Positions 27,596-36,067 of a stretch of DNA of 47,128 nucleotides are shown one piece after another. Source of the DNA: Candidatus Altiarchaeota archaeon (GTDB lineage Archaea; Altiarchaeota; Altiarchaeia; IMC4; SCGC-AAA252-I15); contig JAZDMS010000013.1 in assembly GCA_043800705.1 (NCBI GenBank), forward strand, positions 1 through 47,128, written 5' to 3'. The first letter of the stretch is position 1. Each line of letters begins with the position of its first letter. The translations under genes and the position numbers were made by a program. The notes beneath the pieces are model-generated. The model was not told the origin of the DNA. It saw nothing but the letters and a program-made list of their open reading frames with translations, and did no database searches.

Positions 27596-29617
27596 TCACA
27601 TGGGGGTCAACGTCACATTCCTCAGGTTCATTCCGGTCGACGTCACCCAATTCTCATTGTAGTTTGAGTATCCCGACTTGGTCAAAAGAAGCGGGTGGGT
27701 GCCTGCCGCCACATCATACAAAGTCACAGGCGTCACACCCGACGAGGCGCCATCCAAAGTGATGCTCGCCCCTTGCGGGACGGAATCGATTTTCAGCGTG
27801 CCTGTAGCCGGAAGCGAATAGAAGTCGACATATACAGTCGTAGTCTGGCCCGGATAGACGGTGACAACCCCCACATAATCGCTATACCCCGTCTTTCTCA
27901 CAGTCAGATTATGCTGACCGGCTGAAAGGCCCGACAACAACCGGAGCGTCATGCCAACACCCACACCATCCAGATAAATAAAGGCATTAGAGGGATTGGA
28001 AGAGACCGACAACGACCCCGGCCCCAAGGATTCCAAGGTAATATTGCGGACAGTAACCCCGGACCCGGTCGTCACATTCGCAGAGTAACTGGAATACCCC
28101 GACTTGGTCAAAAGAAGCGGGTGGGTGCCTGCCGCCACATCATACAAAGTCACAGGCGTCACACCCGACGAGGCGCCATCCAAGGTAACACTCGCACCCT
28201 GCGGAACAGAATCGACGATAACAGTCCCCGAAGGCATAAGGACCAACACGGCATTCTCAGTAGTGGTCTGGCCGCCAGTTATAATGATATTCTTGGTATA
28301 GTCGTAGTATCCGGGCTTGACCAGGGTGAGGTTGTACGTTCCCGCCGGGATCTGGAATGACCGGTAGGTGTATCCGTAATCGACGCCGTTCAGTAAGATC
28401 CTGGCAGAGGGCGGGTTGGAGTTGACGTTCAGGGTCCCATTAGAGGTACAGGGGCCTCGCCCGGGAGCCATGCCCTCGGCGATCCTGCTTATCAGGACCG
28501 CATCCAAACCTGAAACATACCCATCACCGCTTAAATCTATACAACACAGATTCGAAGGGGCAGGTATCAGGCCGACGGTCACCTTCGCCGTCAGATTCGC
28601 ATCATGCGAGGTCACAGCCCCGCTACCGTCAACATCCCCGATCAACTGCCCGGGAAGACAAATGACACCGCAGGGGCCTCGCCTCGGATCAATGCCCTCG
28701 GCGATCCTGCTTATCAGGACCGCATCCAAACCTGAAACATACCCATCACCGCTCAAATCTATACAACACAGATTCGAAGGGGCAGGTATCAGGCCGACGG
28801 TCACCTTCGCCGTCAGATTCGCATCATGCGAGGTCACATCCCCGCTACCGTCAACATCCCCGATCAACTGTCCGGGAAGACATTCCAGAGAGCCCCCACT
28901 TATCGGGACCAGCTGGGCATATACGTATGCGGCCGTGCCGGGATCTACGGTGACGTTCTCAACGTAGGGAAGATATCCGGTTTTCGTCACGTTGACGAAG
29001 TAATTGCCTGCCTCGAGGTTGGGGGCGTAAAGCGAGGTCTGCCCCTGTAATATGCCGTTTATCTGGACGTCAGCCCCAGACGGCAGCGATGAGACGTATA
29101 TTCCGCCCTTTAGCGGTTCTAGCGGGAAGTAGATGTATTTTACGGACATGTTCGATAAAGTGACGGTTCTGTTTGCGGGCGCGTATCCGAGGAGTGTGAC
29201 CCTCACATTATGAGACCCTTGTGCAAGGTCCAGGATCTGTAATTTCGTCCCCCCCTTGAGTACCCCATCCACATACACCGATGCCCCACTTGGCGAAGAT
29301 GACACTACCAGCCTCGCCCCCGGCTTATCCAGATAGCCGTAGACATTGATGGACTGCCCGGCAACCACGTAAGCGTTGATGTTAAGGGGCATATAGCCCG
29401 GAAAACTGATAAGTACTGAATGAGCCCCCGCAGTCAGGTTCTCGATTAACAATGGCGCGGAACCGTATGACACCCCGTCTATCTTGACATTCGCGCTTGG
29501 AGGGTATGTGGAGACGTAGATATTTCCAACGCCTGTCTGTGCGCACGACAATGACCCAAGACAGAACACTGCAACGATGGTAAAAAATAGCCTCGAAGGA
29601 AGATGATTTGAACTCAC
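27596..29617 (-). CDS. Secreted PEGA-repeat protein with two dockerin-like modules
   Basis: About seven PEGA-like repeats (VSSxPSGAxVxxDG...G.T...G.H.....KxGY); GDVDGSGDVTSHDA..IDLSGDGYVSGLDA twice. Confidence 0.88.
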   Translation of the reverse strand: MSSNHLPSRLFFTIVAVFCLGSLSCAQTGVGNIYVSTYPPSANVKIDGVSYGSAPLLIENLTAGAHSVLISFPGYMPLNINAYVVAGQSINVYGYLDKPGARLVVSSSPSGASVYVDGVLKGGTKLQILDLAQGSHNVRVTLLGYAPANRTVTLSNMSVKYIYFPLEPLKGGIYVSSLPSGADVQINGILQGQTSLYAPNLEAGNYFVNVTKTGYLPYVENVTVDPGTAAYVYAQLVPISGGSLECLPGQLIGDVDGSGDVTSHDANLTAKVTVGLIPAPSNLCCIDLSGDGYVSGLDAVLISRIAEGIDPRRGPCGVICLPGQLIGDVDGSGAVTSHDANLTAKVTVGLIPAPSNLCCIDLSGDGYVSGLDAVLISRIAEGMAPGRGPCTSNGTLNVNSNPPSARILLNGVDYGYTYRSFQIPAGTYNLTLVKPGYYDYTKNIIITGGQTTTENAVLVLMPSGTVIVDSVPQGASVTLDGASSGVTPVTLYDVAAGTHPLLLTKSGYSSYSANVTTGSGVTVRNITLESLGPGSLSVSSNPSNAFIYLDGVGVGMTLRLLSGLSAGQHNLTVRKTGYSDYVGVVTVYPGQTTTVYVDFYSLPATGTLKIDSVPQGASITLDGASSGVTPVTLYDVAAGTHPLLLTKSGYSNYNENWVTSTGMNLRNVTLTPM
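27672..28183. repeat. 86-bp identical direct repeat (27672-27757 and 28098-28183) in PEGA domains
   Basis: CCCGACTTGGTCAAAAG...GGCGCCATCCAA occurs twice, 426 bp apart. Confidence 0.85.
28448..28882. repeat. Near-identical tandem duplication (period 222 bp) encoding the dockerin modules
   Basis: ATGCCCTCGGCGATCC at 28470 and 28692; GGGAAGACA ending at 28660 and 28882. Confidence 0.9.
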
Positions 29618-29648
29618 GAGTATCTAATGTAGATTAATAATATATAAG

Positions 29649-32054
29649 CTAGGGGACTATCAGGGTCTGGTCCGGTGAAAATAGCCACTCGGAACTGGAA
29701 TCGTCGAATGTTATGTTCAGGTTCCAGTAGTATGTGCCGGCAGAAGGCACCGTGAAGGAAACCGCTTGGACGCCGTCGGCGTAGGGGACGTTGGGGACCG
29801 TTACATCCCAGGGGCCTAAAGCCGTCGAGTAGAAGTCGGCGCCGGTCTTCTGAGGGTCGCCGAGGGGCATGGTAGGCATGAAGTAGCCGACAGTCACCGG
29901 GATGCCGCCGGAACTCTCAGAGGAACTCGACGAGGGGCTGCTTGAGGCCGTGGATGTGGCGCTCGATGCTGAGCTTGACGATAATCCCGCCCCGGAGCAG
30001 TCGACGCTCACCTGCCTCCTGAAGACGGCCTCGGCGTCTGCGCCGTCGGGGTTGTTGCAGTATTGGTTTGCGTCGGATTCGGCGATGACTTCAAGTTCAT
30101 ATGAGCCGTCGGGGAAAGTGTAGGGGATTCCGCTGCAGTCGGTCCCGTTCAGCTTGATGTTGCATCGGAGGTCGTAGTACTCCTTCTGCGTTTCAGCCGA
30201 GGCTACGTTCGAGCGGCAGAGGCCTACGCAGGTGTATCCTCCGCTTGGGTTCTTGAGCATGTACGCCCACTGGATCTGCAGGTCGTTGCCGTGGATTCCG
30301 CCGAATGAGACGTTGACGGGTATGGGGACGTCGCAGACGAGGGTGTCGCCGGTGACATCGACGCGGTATATCCTGTCGACGGTGTCGGTTATGCTGAGGC
30401 AGCCGAATTTTATGCCGCTTGGGGGATTGCACTGCAGGGGGTCGTAGACGACGCAGCCTTCGAGGTTGACTTTGAACTTTCTCTCATCGTCTGTGTTGAT
30501 GTTCCGTGGTGGGCAGTATCCGCTGAAGTCCTCGCCGGTGACGATGAAATCGTATTCGCCGTCCGGGAGGTTGAAGCTTGCTGGGGTCGTGAGCGAGCAG
30601 TTCATGTCGTATTCGTAGCTGTTTTCGCCGATTTCGACGACTGTGTTGTTGCTCTGGCATGCCCCCACCTTGTAGCTCCCGTTCTCTATGAAGAACCCGA
30701 AAAAGTTGGGGTCGCCTGCGTGCCTGCCGGACCATGCGACAGTTAGCGGTTCCGTCGCGCCGCATACGAGCCTGTTCGACTGGCTCCCCCCCTGCCAGAA
30801 CGTTACGCTCTGGAGTTTGACGACCGGCCAATTCGGGGAGATGCAGCTTTGCGCGGGGTTTCCGTCGCATGTGATCGAACTAGCAGACCTCAGGGTCGTC
30901 GACGTGGTCGTCGGCGAGCTCTTGTTCCGCGGCTGCATGGCCTCCCCGCTCCATAGCACCACCCTAAGCTGCACCGTGTCGTCCACGACGGGCTGCATGC
31001 CGGAGAAGAAGACGCTGCTTGTCACAGGCAGCCCGACGATGGCGGTCTTCGTCCTCGCTATTATGTTGGCGCCTTCTTTTGTGTTTCCGAAGACGCATTT
31101 GCCATAAAGGTTCGGGTCCCCGAGGGATTGCACGTTCGTCAGCCTCGGGTCATAGAACCTGTCAGTAGTAAGTAGAATGGCGTCGATCGTATCCCCCAGT
31201 TCCTGGTCTGCGATAGCGAGGTCCGTCGTCGGGGCAAGTGTCTGGTTCCCAAGCCAGTTCCAGCCGACGAAATCCTTGGCCGATGAGTTGAACAGGTTGT
31301 GCGGAACCCCGTTTACGAGGAGCTTCGCGCCCGAGTTGGAGTCTACTCCACGAACCCATAACATATAGTCGCCGGCGGGCGTCCTGATATTCCTTTCCGT
31401 GTCGCCGCTCAGCAGGCCGATGCTACTCATGTTCCCCGCGCTGCAGAGCTTCTGGCAATGGCTCGGGTCCAGGTGACCCCAGAGGTCTTCGGCCTCGATC
31501 CACATGTAGACGTCGGTGAACCTGTTGTTTTTGCTGTACGTGTTGACGTGTATGCTGCTGTTGAGGTTCCTGCATTCGACGGAGCCGGTGACCGAGTTCA
31601 AAGGCATCCCCTGCAGGCAGTGCAGGCCGCTGGAGTTGAGGCAGGACAGCTCGAAGTAGATCTCGTATTTTCCGGATCCGAGGAGATGATCCCTGCCCAG
31701 GCTGTAGTTCTCGTTGAACATGTCGATCAGGGAGAGTAACTTGTCGGGGTCCAGGATGCGGCTTTCCACGACGCGCCCCCCTCCCCTCGCCCTCGCAAGC
31801 CCTATTGCGACCACGTTTGACGGCGTCCAGTCGTAGGGGTCGCCGGCGGTCCTCACAAGCTGGTTCGCGGCCGTCTCCGCCAGCCAGTTCATCTCATACT
31901 CCCCTTCGGCGCTCCACAGGTGGTCGTATGTGCTCTGCCAAAGCTGCATCAGGATGCCAAGCGTTATCATGAAGATGAAGATGCCGAACACCATGTCTCC
32001 CGTGAAGAGCTGTGCCCTCATTTGAGCCCGCCTAGGGGTAGCTGATGCAGACAT
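29649..32054 (-). CDS. Large pilin-like protein with duplicated Cys-containing beta domain
   Basis: RA|QLFTGD plus hydrophobic helix; LVRTAGDPYDW; two related modules (LVC...WSGRHAGD...PDGEYDFIV / LVC...FGGIHGND...PDGSYELEV). Confidence 0.8.
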   Translation of the reverse strand: MSASATPRRAQMRAQLFTGDMVFGIFIFMITLGILMQLWQSTYDHLWSAEGEYEMNWLAETAANQLVRTAGDPYDWTPSNVVAIGLARARGGGRVVESRILDPDKLLSLIDMFNENYSLGRDHLLGSGKYEIYFELSCLNSSGLHCLQGMPLNSVTGSVECRNLNSSIHVNTYSKNNRFTDVYMWIEAEDLWGHLDPSHCQKLCSAGNMSSIGLLSGDTERNIRTPAGDYMLWVRGVDSNSGAKLLVNGVPHNLFNSSAKDFVGWNWLGNQTLAPTTDLAIADQELGDTIDAILLTTDRFYDPRLTNVQSLGDPNLYGKCVFGNTKEGANIIARTKTAIVGLPVTSSVFFSGMQPVVDDTVQLRVVLWSGEAMQPRNKSSPTTTSTTLRSASSITCDGNPAQSCISPNWPVVKLQSVTFWQGGSQSNRLVCGATEPLTVAWSGRHAGDPNFFGFFIENGSYKVGACQSNNTVVEIGENSYEYDMNCSLTTPASFNLPDGEYDFIVTGEDFSGYCPPRNINTDDERKFKVNLEGCVVYDPLQCNPPSGIKFGCLSITDTVDRIYRVDVTGDTLVCDVPIPVNVSFGGIHGNDLQIQWAYMLKNPSGGYTCVGLCRSNVASAETQKEYYDLRCNIKLNGTDCSGIPYTFPDGSYELEVIAESDANQYCNNPDGADAEAVFRRQVSVDCSGAGLSSSSASSATSTASSSPSSSSSESSGGIPVTVGYFMPTMPLGDPQKTGADFYSTALGPWDVTVPNVPYADGVQAVSFTVPSAGTYYWNLNITFDDSSSEWLFSPDQTLIVP

Positions 32055-33001
32055 TTTTTTCCTTGCTCAATATGATATTCCGTCCGTCCCCGCTCAGGAC
32101 GACCCAGCCACCGGAGGGCATGTTGTAGGGCTCAGGCATGACGCACGCATGGAAGCCGCCCCTGAACACGATGCTTCCGCCGTGGATGTCGCCCGTGGCG
32201 TTGCCCTTCCACTGCCCCTGCGGATCGGCTTCGAGCGCGAATTCCGGATCATCCCCGGCGTAATGCGAGCGGACCTCGACTATGTGCCCAATGATCCGCC
32301 CCACCCTGAGCCTCGCTATCTCATTGTTCGTCAGGTTCATGCTGAATACAAGGCTTATCGTGTCGTTGACGGTGTTGTGGTGCACAAGAAGCGCGTTCCA
32401 GGATCCGGACGATTCCTTTGCTGGAAAGACGACGGACCCCGGCTCGGAGAGGTTGAATTCGCCGGCCCCCTTCGAAGGCGGCGACGAATCCGCCGGTGCT
32501 GTCCTGCAGGACGTTGTTGGTTGGGGTGACGTATATGCGCCCAGCATATTTGACAAGCCGCATCTGCACCCCGCCAGTTACGTTGAGGCATTCCTCGGAG
32601 GAGGACTTGTTACAGGTGTAGTTGCACTGCGGCATGATGCAATGGACCCGGCTCGTGGACAGAGGGCTCGAGAACCGAAGCTCTTCCCCGCTAGAGAACC
32701 CGCCGCCTTCGACGAATACGCTGGATTCGTTTTCGTAGAAGTTGACGGTGTATTTCACGCCGCCTACCATCGTCTCAGGCAGTGTGAACGAGGAGGAATA
32801 TCCGTCTCCGAGGGCGTTGAGGTCGTTGATCTGGTCGGCTATGACGTTCGACAGGCGTGCGCCCGCGATATGAAGCTTCAAATCCGTGCTTTTCACGTAG
32901 TTCTTGAAGACAGTGTACCCTAACATGACGAATATCATGAGCAAAACGCCCAAAACGAACATGCTCTCAATGCTGGCCTGTCCTCTTGCTTTAGTGGTCA
33001 T
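32032..33001 (-). pseudogene. Class III signal-peptide pilin-like gene split by a 1-nt frameshift in a G5 run
   Basis: ARG|QASIE N-terminus; removing one G from TTC GAA GGGGG CCG (32466-32470) fuses 32321-33001 with 32032-32556 (…AAFEGAGEFNLSEP…). Confidence 0.7.
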
Positions 33002-33022
33002 GAGCTTATGGTAGACTTCTAT

Positions 33023-33451
33023 CTATGTTAGCACCGTGATGTTGATAGAATCCTCCGAAGTCGACTCCACCCGGAACACATAGTAGCCTTCCTTGTCCAC
33101 ATCCGACAGGTCTCCGTAGATCTTGCCCTTGGTGACGGCGTATATGTCCGTGTACGTCTCGCCGACCGAGACCCTCGCCACGACGCTGTTGTTGGTGTCA
33201 ATTATCGTGAGGTTCTCTATGTTCGGGGGGATGTAGATGTTGACTTCGGTCCTCGAGGGGAAGCCGTGGATGTATACGAAATCCGCAGAGCTCTTCAGCT
33301 TCTCTACCGCACGCTGCGCCGAGTCGACGCCAACCTGCATGCTCGACGAGCTGATGAGGATGCTAGTGCCGTAGACGATCGCAGAGAAGATGATAAGGGA
33401 GAGCGCGAGCATAACCATGTACTCAAGCGAAGCCTGAGCCTTTTTTACCAT
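33023..33451 (-). CDS. Class III signal-peptide pilin-like protein
   Basis: MVKKA|QASLEYMVMLALSLIIF; ADFVYIHGFPSRT..IYIP. Confidence 0.88.
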   Translation of the reverse strand: MVKKAQASLEYMVMLALSLIIFSAIVYGTSILISSSSMQVGVDSAQRAVEKLKSSADFVYIHGFPSRTEVNIYIPPNIENLTIIDTNNSVVARVSVGETYTDIYAVTKGKIYGDLSDVDKEGYYVFRVESTSEDSINITVLT

Positions 33452-33573
33452 GTATAAAACCTTGTCTTAGCGTCTTCCATCTCACCGGGAGACTAATAGC
33501 CCGGTTGACCTGTTGTATTACACGCATTTAAATTATAATATAGATTACTTATAAAATAGACTTTAGTTGAGGT

Positions 33574-33849
33574 ATGGAAATGGAATACGAGACGATACTG
33601 AGCGAATACGTAGACTATGGACGGAACAAGTTCATAGAAGTGTCTAAGAAATGTGTCAAGCCCGACAACGCAGTCTTTGTGAACATCTCAAAAGGCTACT
33701 ATACCCAGGAGGGAAGCAAGAGATACCAGCGGAGCATCGGCTTCCCGCCGGAGGAAGCCATCGTCGACGGCCTCATCGAGAAGCTTCAGGCCATCAGGGA
33801 CAGCATAGATTCGACGGATGCACGCCAGACTGCGGATCTCGACGACTGA
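33574..33849 (+). CDS. Small conserved-looking protein, possible PC4/PUR-like nucleic-acid-binding fold
   Basis: Four short beta strands (FIEVSKK, FVNISKGYY, KRYQRSIGFP) followed by one helix; fold assignment is inference. Confidence 0.55.
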   Translation: MEMEYETILSEYVDYGRNKFIEVSKKCVKPDNAVFVNISKGYYTQEGSKRYQRSIGFPPEEAIVDGLIEKLQAIRDSIDSTDARQTADLDD

Positions 33850-33897
33850 TCGTGTCGGGGGCCACAGGGCCCCCGCATTATACTATCGTGGGTTCAG

Positions 33898-33934
33898 GGA
33901 AGACCCCGACGTTTACGTAGGGGGGGAATGCCAC
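33898..33934 (+). mobile_element. IS200/IS605-type right-end hairpin remnant
   Basis: GGAAGACCCCGACGTTTACGTAGGGGGGGAATGCCAC resembles the GAAGCCCC-hairpin-GGGG...TCAC right ends of tnpB elements. Confidence 0.45.
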
Positions 33935-33974
33935 AACTCTGAATCTGAGATATAATACTGCAGGGAGCGGTATT

Positions 33975-34066
33975 TTATTTTTTCAGGGCATAGTTCAGGG
34001 CTTCCTCGTCGTATCCGACGATTATCGTCCCGTCGACGTCCGTGACCGGGATGCCCATCTGCCCGC
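33975..34066 (-). pseudogene. Displaced duplicate 3' end of the glutaredoxin gene
   Basis: Encodes GQMGIPVTDVDGTIIVGYDEEALNYALKK*; 34009-34066 matches 34163-34220 at 57/58 nt; no start codon. Confidence 0.85.
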
Positions 34067-34125
34067 ATAAGGGCAGGAACTACGTTCCCGCCCTTATCAA
34101 CCCTACCCTCCTATAAAAAAAACAA

Positions 34126-34359
34126 CTATTGTCTTCTCAAAGCCTTGCCAAGAGCCTCTTCATCGTATCCGACGATTATCGTCCCGTCGACGTCCGTGAC
34201 CGGAATGCCCATCTGCCCGCTTTTTCCGATCATCTCCTGCGCCGCCTTCTGGTTTCCGGCTACGCTTATCTCCGTGAATGCGACGTTATTCTTCTGTAGG
34301 TATTCCTTGAGCCGCCTGCACCAGGAGCATGAGGGGGTGGTGTAGACCTTGACTTCCAT
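34126..34359 (-). CDS. Glutaredoxin-like protein (NrdH/YruB family)
   Basis: VYTTPSCSWC, GQMGIPV, IVGYD. Confidence 0.93.
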   Translation of the reverse strand: MEVKVYTTPSCSWCRRLKEYLQKNNVAFTEISVAGNQKAAQEMIGKSGQMGIPVTDVDGTIIVGYDEEALGKALRRQ

Positions 34360-34415
34360 CGAATATGATAGGGAGGCGGCCCCTATTAAAGCTTCGGCGC
34401 CTTTATGGTATTTCG

Positions 34416-35309
34416 ATGAGGAAGCGGCTCAAGAGGCTGGAGGATTACGTTCGGGACAACGTCTACGGCAACCGTAGCACCATGGAGTTCCTCTTCCTGT
34501 TCCTCCTAGTCTATGCCCTGTTGGATGCGATCATTATTGTGTGGTTCCTCGCGTCTCCGGTCCTCGCCCAGACGGACAACCGACTCACCTTCGGCCTGGG
34601 AATGCTCGCCTACAACGTGGGATATCTCACCTCGAACTGCCATCAGATGCCGGAGCGTTCGATAATATTCTCAGATCTTGAGATGCCCTTCTGCTCCAGG
34701 GACACGGCCATATACATCGGATGCCTCATAGGAGCTCTTCTGCCGTTCTATGTGCCTATGCCCAGGTTCGCGAAAACACTCCTTTTCGCCGCTTCCCTCA
34801 TGGTCCCGATGGCCGTGGACGGGGTCTCGCAGACCATATTCGACCTGAGGGAGAGCTCCAACCCCCTTAGGATCGTCACAGGCCTCCTTTTCGGATACGG
34901 AATCGCCTACTACTTCGCAGTCAGGGTCGTCGAGAACTCGAGGTTCATGGATTTCGGCAGGGAGGCGAGGAAGGTGGCCGTGATGGGGGCAATCGCGAGC
35001 ATCCTGCTTTTGGCTCTCGGATACAATGAGGGGGGCGCCTACGTGACCAAGGGGGAGGCGGTGGAAAAATCCGGGATGAATCCGACATTTGTGACATACG
35101 TCACGAAGAGGGCGCTTCGAACAATCCACTACGACCCCTATTTTGAATCATATAACGACCCGATACTGACCGCCATGTACAACTACGAATACAACGGCGC
35201 CGGAGCATGGATCATATACGAGGGGCCGATGGAGTATGAAGGAAAATACGCGTTCTTTTCCGGGACCGGCGGGAAGATCAGGATGGTCCCGGACGTCAGT
35301 AGTACCTGA
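34416..35309 (+). CDS. DUF2085 membrane protein
   Basis: CHQMPERS, PFCSRDTAIY, PMAVDGVSQ..RESSNPLRIVTG. Confidence 0.85.
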   Translation: MRKRLKRLEDYVRDNVYGNRSTMEFLFLFLLVYALLDAIIIVWFLASPVLAQTDNRLTFGLGMLAYNVGYLTSNCHQMPERSIIFSDLEMPFCSRDTAIYIGCLIGALLPFYVPMPRFAKTLLFAASLMVPMAVDGVSQTIFDLRESSNPLRIVTGLLFGYGIAYYFAVRVVENSRFMDFGREARKVAVMGAIASILLLALGYNEGGAYVTKGEAVEKSGMNPTFVTYVTKRALRTIHYDPYFESYNDPILTAMYNYEYNGAGAWIIYEGPMEYEGKYAFFSGTGGKIRMVPDVSST

Positions 35310-35919
35310 CGTAGGTGTATTTCGGCTGCTCTGGCGGCCTCTGCAGGAGTTTCCCCATCATCAACCCGGCTACAAGTCCGCCGACGTGGGCCGTGACCGC
35401 TGTACCGCCGCTTAGCTGTGTCGGGATCGCAACGATGCTGTAGAGCATGTAAAGGAGGCCGAATACCCATAGCGGCATCGGAAAGAGGAAATACAGATAG
35501 ATCTTCATGTTCGGCTGCAGGACGATGAGGGCGCCCACTATCGCGAAGACCGCACCCGACGCCCCGACTGCGCTCACGAGGGGATTTGGCAGGCCGAATA
35601 CCAGCGACACAGCAACGTAGAAGAGGGAGGCGGCCAATCCGCCGAGGAAATAGACATTCGTAAACTCGCGCTCGCCGATTATCTGCTGCAAGTAGGAGCC
35701 GAACATGAACACGCCGAAGAACATGTTCATGAGTATGTGCTCGAAGCCGGCGTGCATGAACATGCTCGTCAGGATCGTCCACGGCATCTGGAAAACGTAG
35801 GCCGGAGTGAGGGCGAAATATTCAGATGCCGCCCGCCCGTAAGCCAGCTGCGCAATGAACATCAAGGCGTTCGCGAGTATGATATACTCTATCACCCGGC
35901 TTCTGATTGCAGAGAACAT
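35296..35919 (-). CDS. Rhomboid intramembrane serine protease
   Basis: TSMFMHAGFEHILMNM, VGASGA, AHVGG. Confidence 0.95.
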   Translation of the reverse strand: MFSAIRSRVIEYIILANALMFIAQLAYGRAASEYFALTPAYVFQMPWTILTSMFMHAGFEHILMNMFFGVFMFGSYLQQIIGEREFTNVYFLGGLAASLFYVAVSLVFGLPNPLVSAVGASGAVFAIVGALIVLQPNMKIYLYFLFPMPLWVFGLLYMLYSIVAIPTQLSGGTAVTAHVGGLVAGLMMGKLLQRPPEQPKYTYVRYY

Positions 35920-35977
35920 CTTACAGACTAAATATCAACGCCATAATAAATACCTCCAGCCTAAAGGATGGGGCATA

Positions 35978-36046
35978 TATCCCTAAACCGCAGATCCGTC
36001 GATCAGCCACAACATGAATGAGGTGGTATTCTGCGGTTTAGGGATA
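35978..36046. repeat. 17-bp perfect inverted repeat with 35-bp spacer (MITE-like)
   Basis: TATCCCTAAACCGCAGA at 35978-35994 and TCTGCGGTTTAGGGATA at 36030-36046. Confidence 0.75.
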
Positions 36047-36067
36047 CATAGATAGCCGGGCACGGAG

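Noticed and set aside
18405-33451. Archaellum or hamus genes
   Set aside because: No archaellin or arl accessory motifs; I cannot support hamus homology from sequence alone.
33975-34220. DGR template/variable repeat pair
   Set aside because: Mismatches are synonymous and not confined to adenines; no reverse transcriptase in the window.
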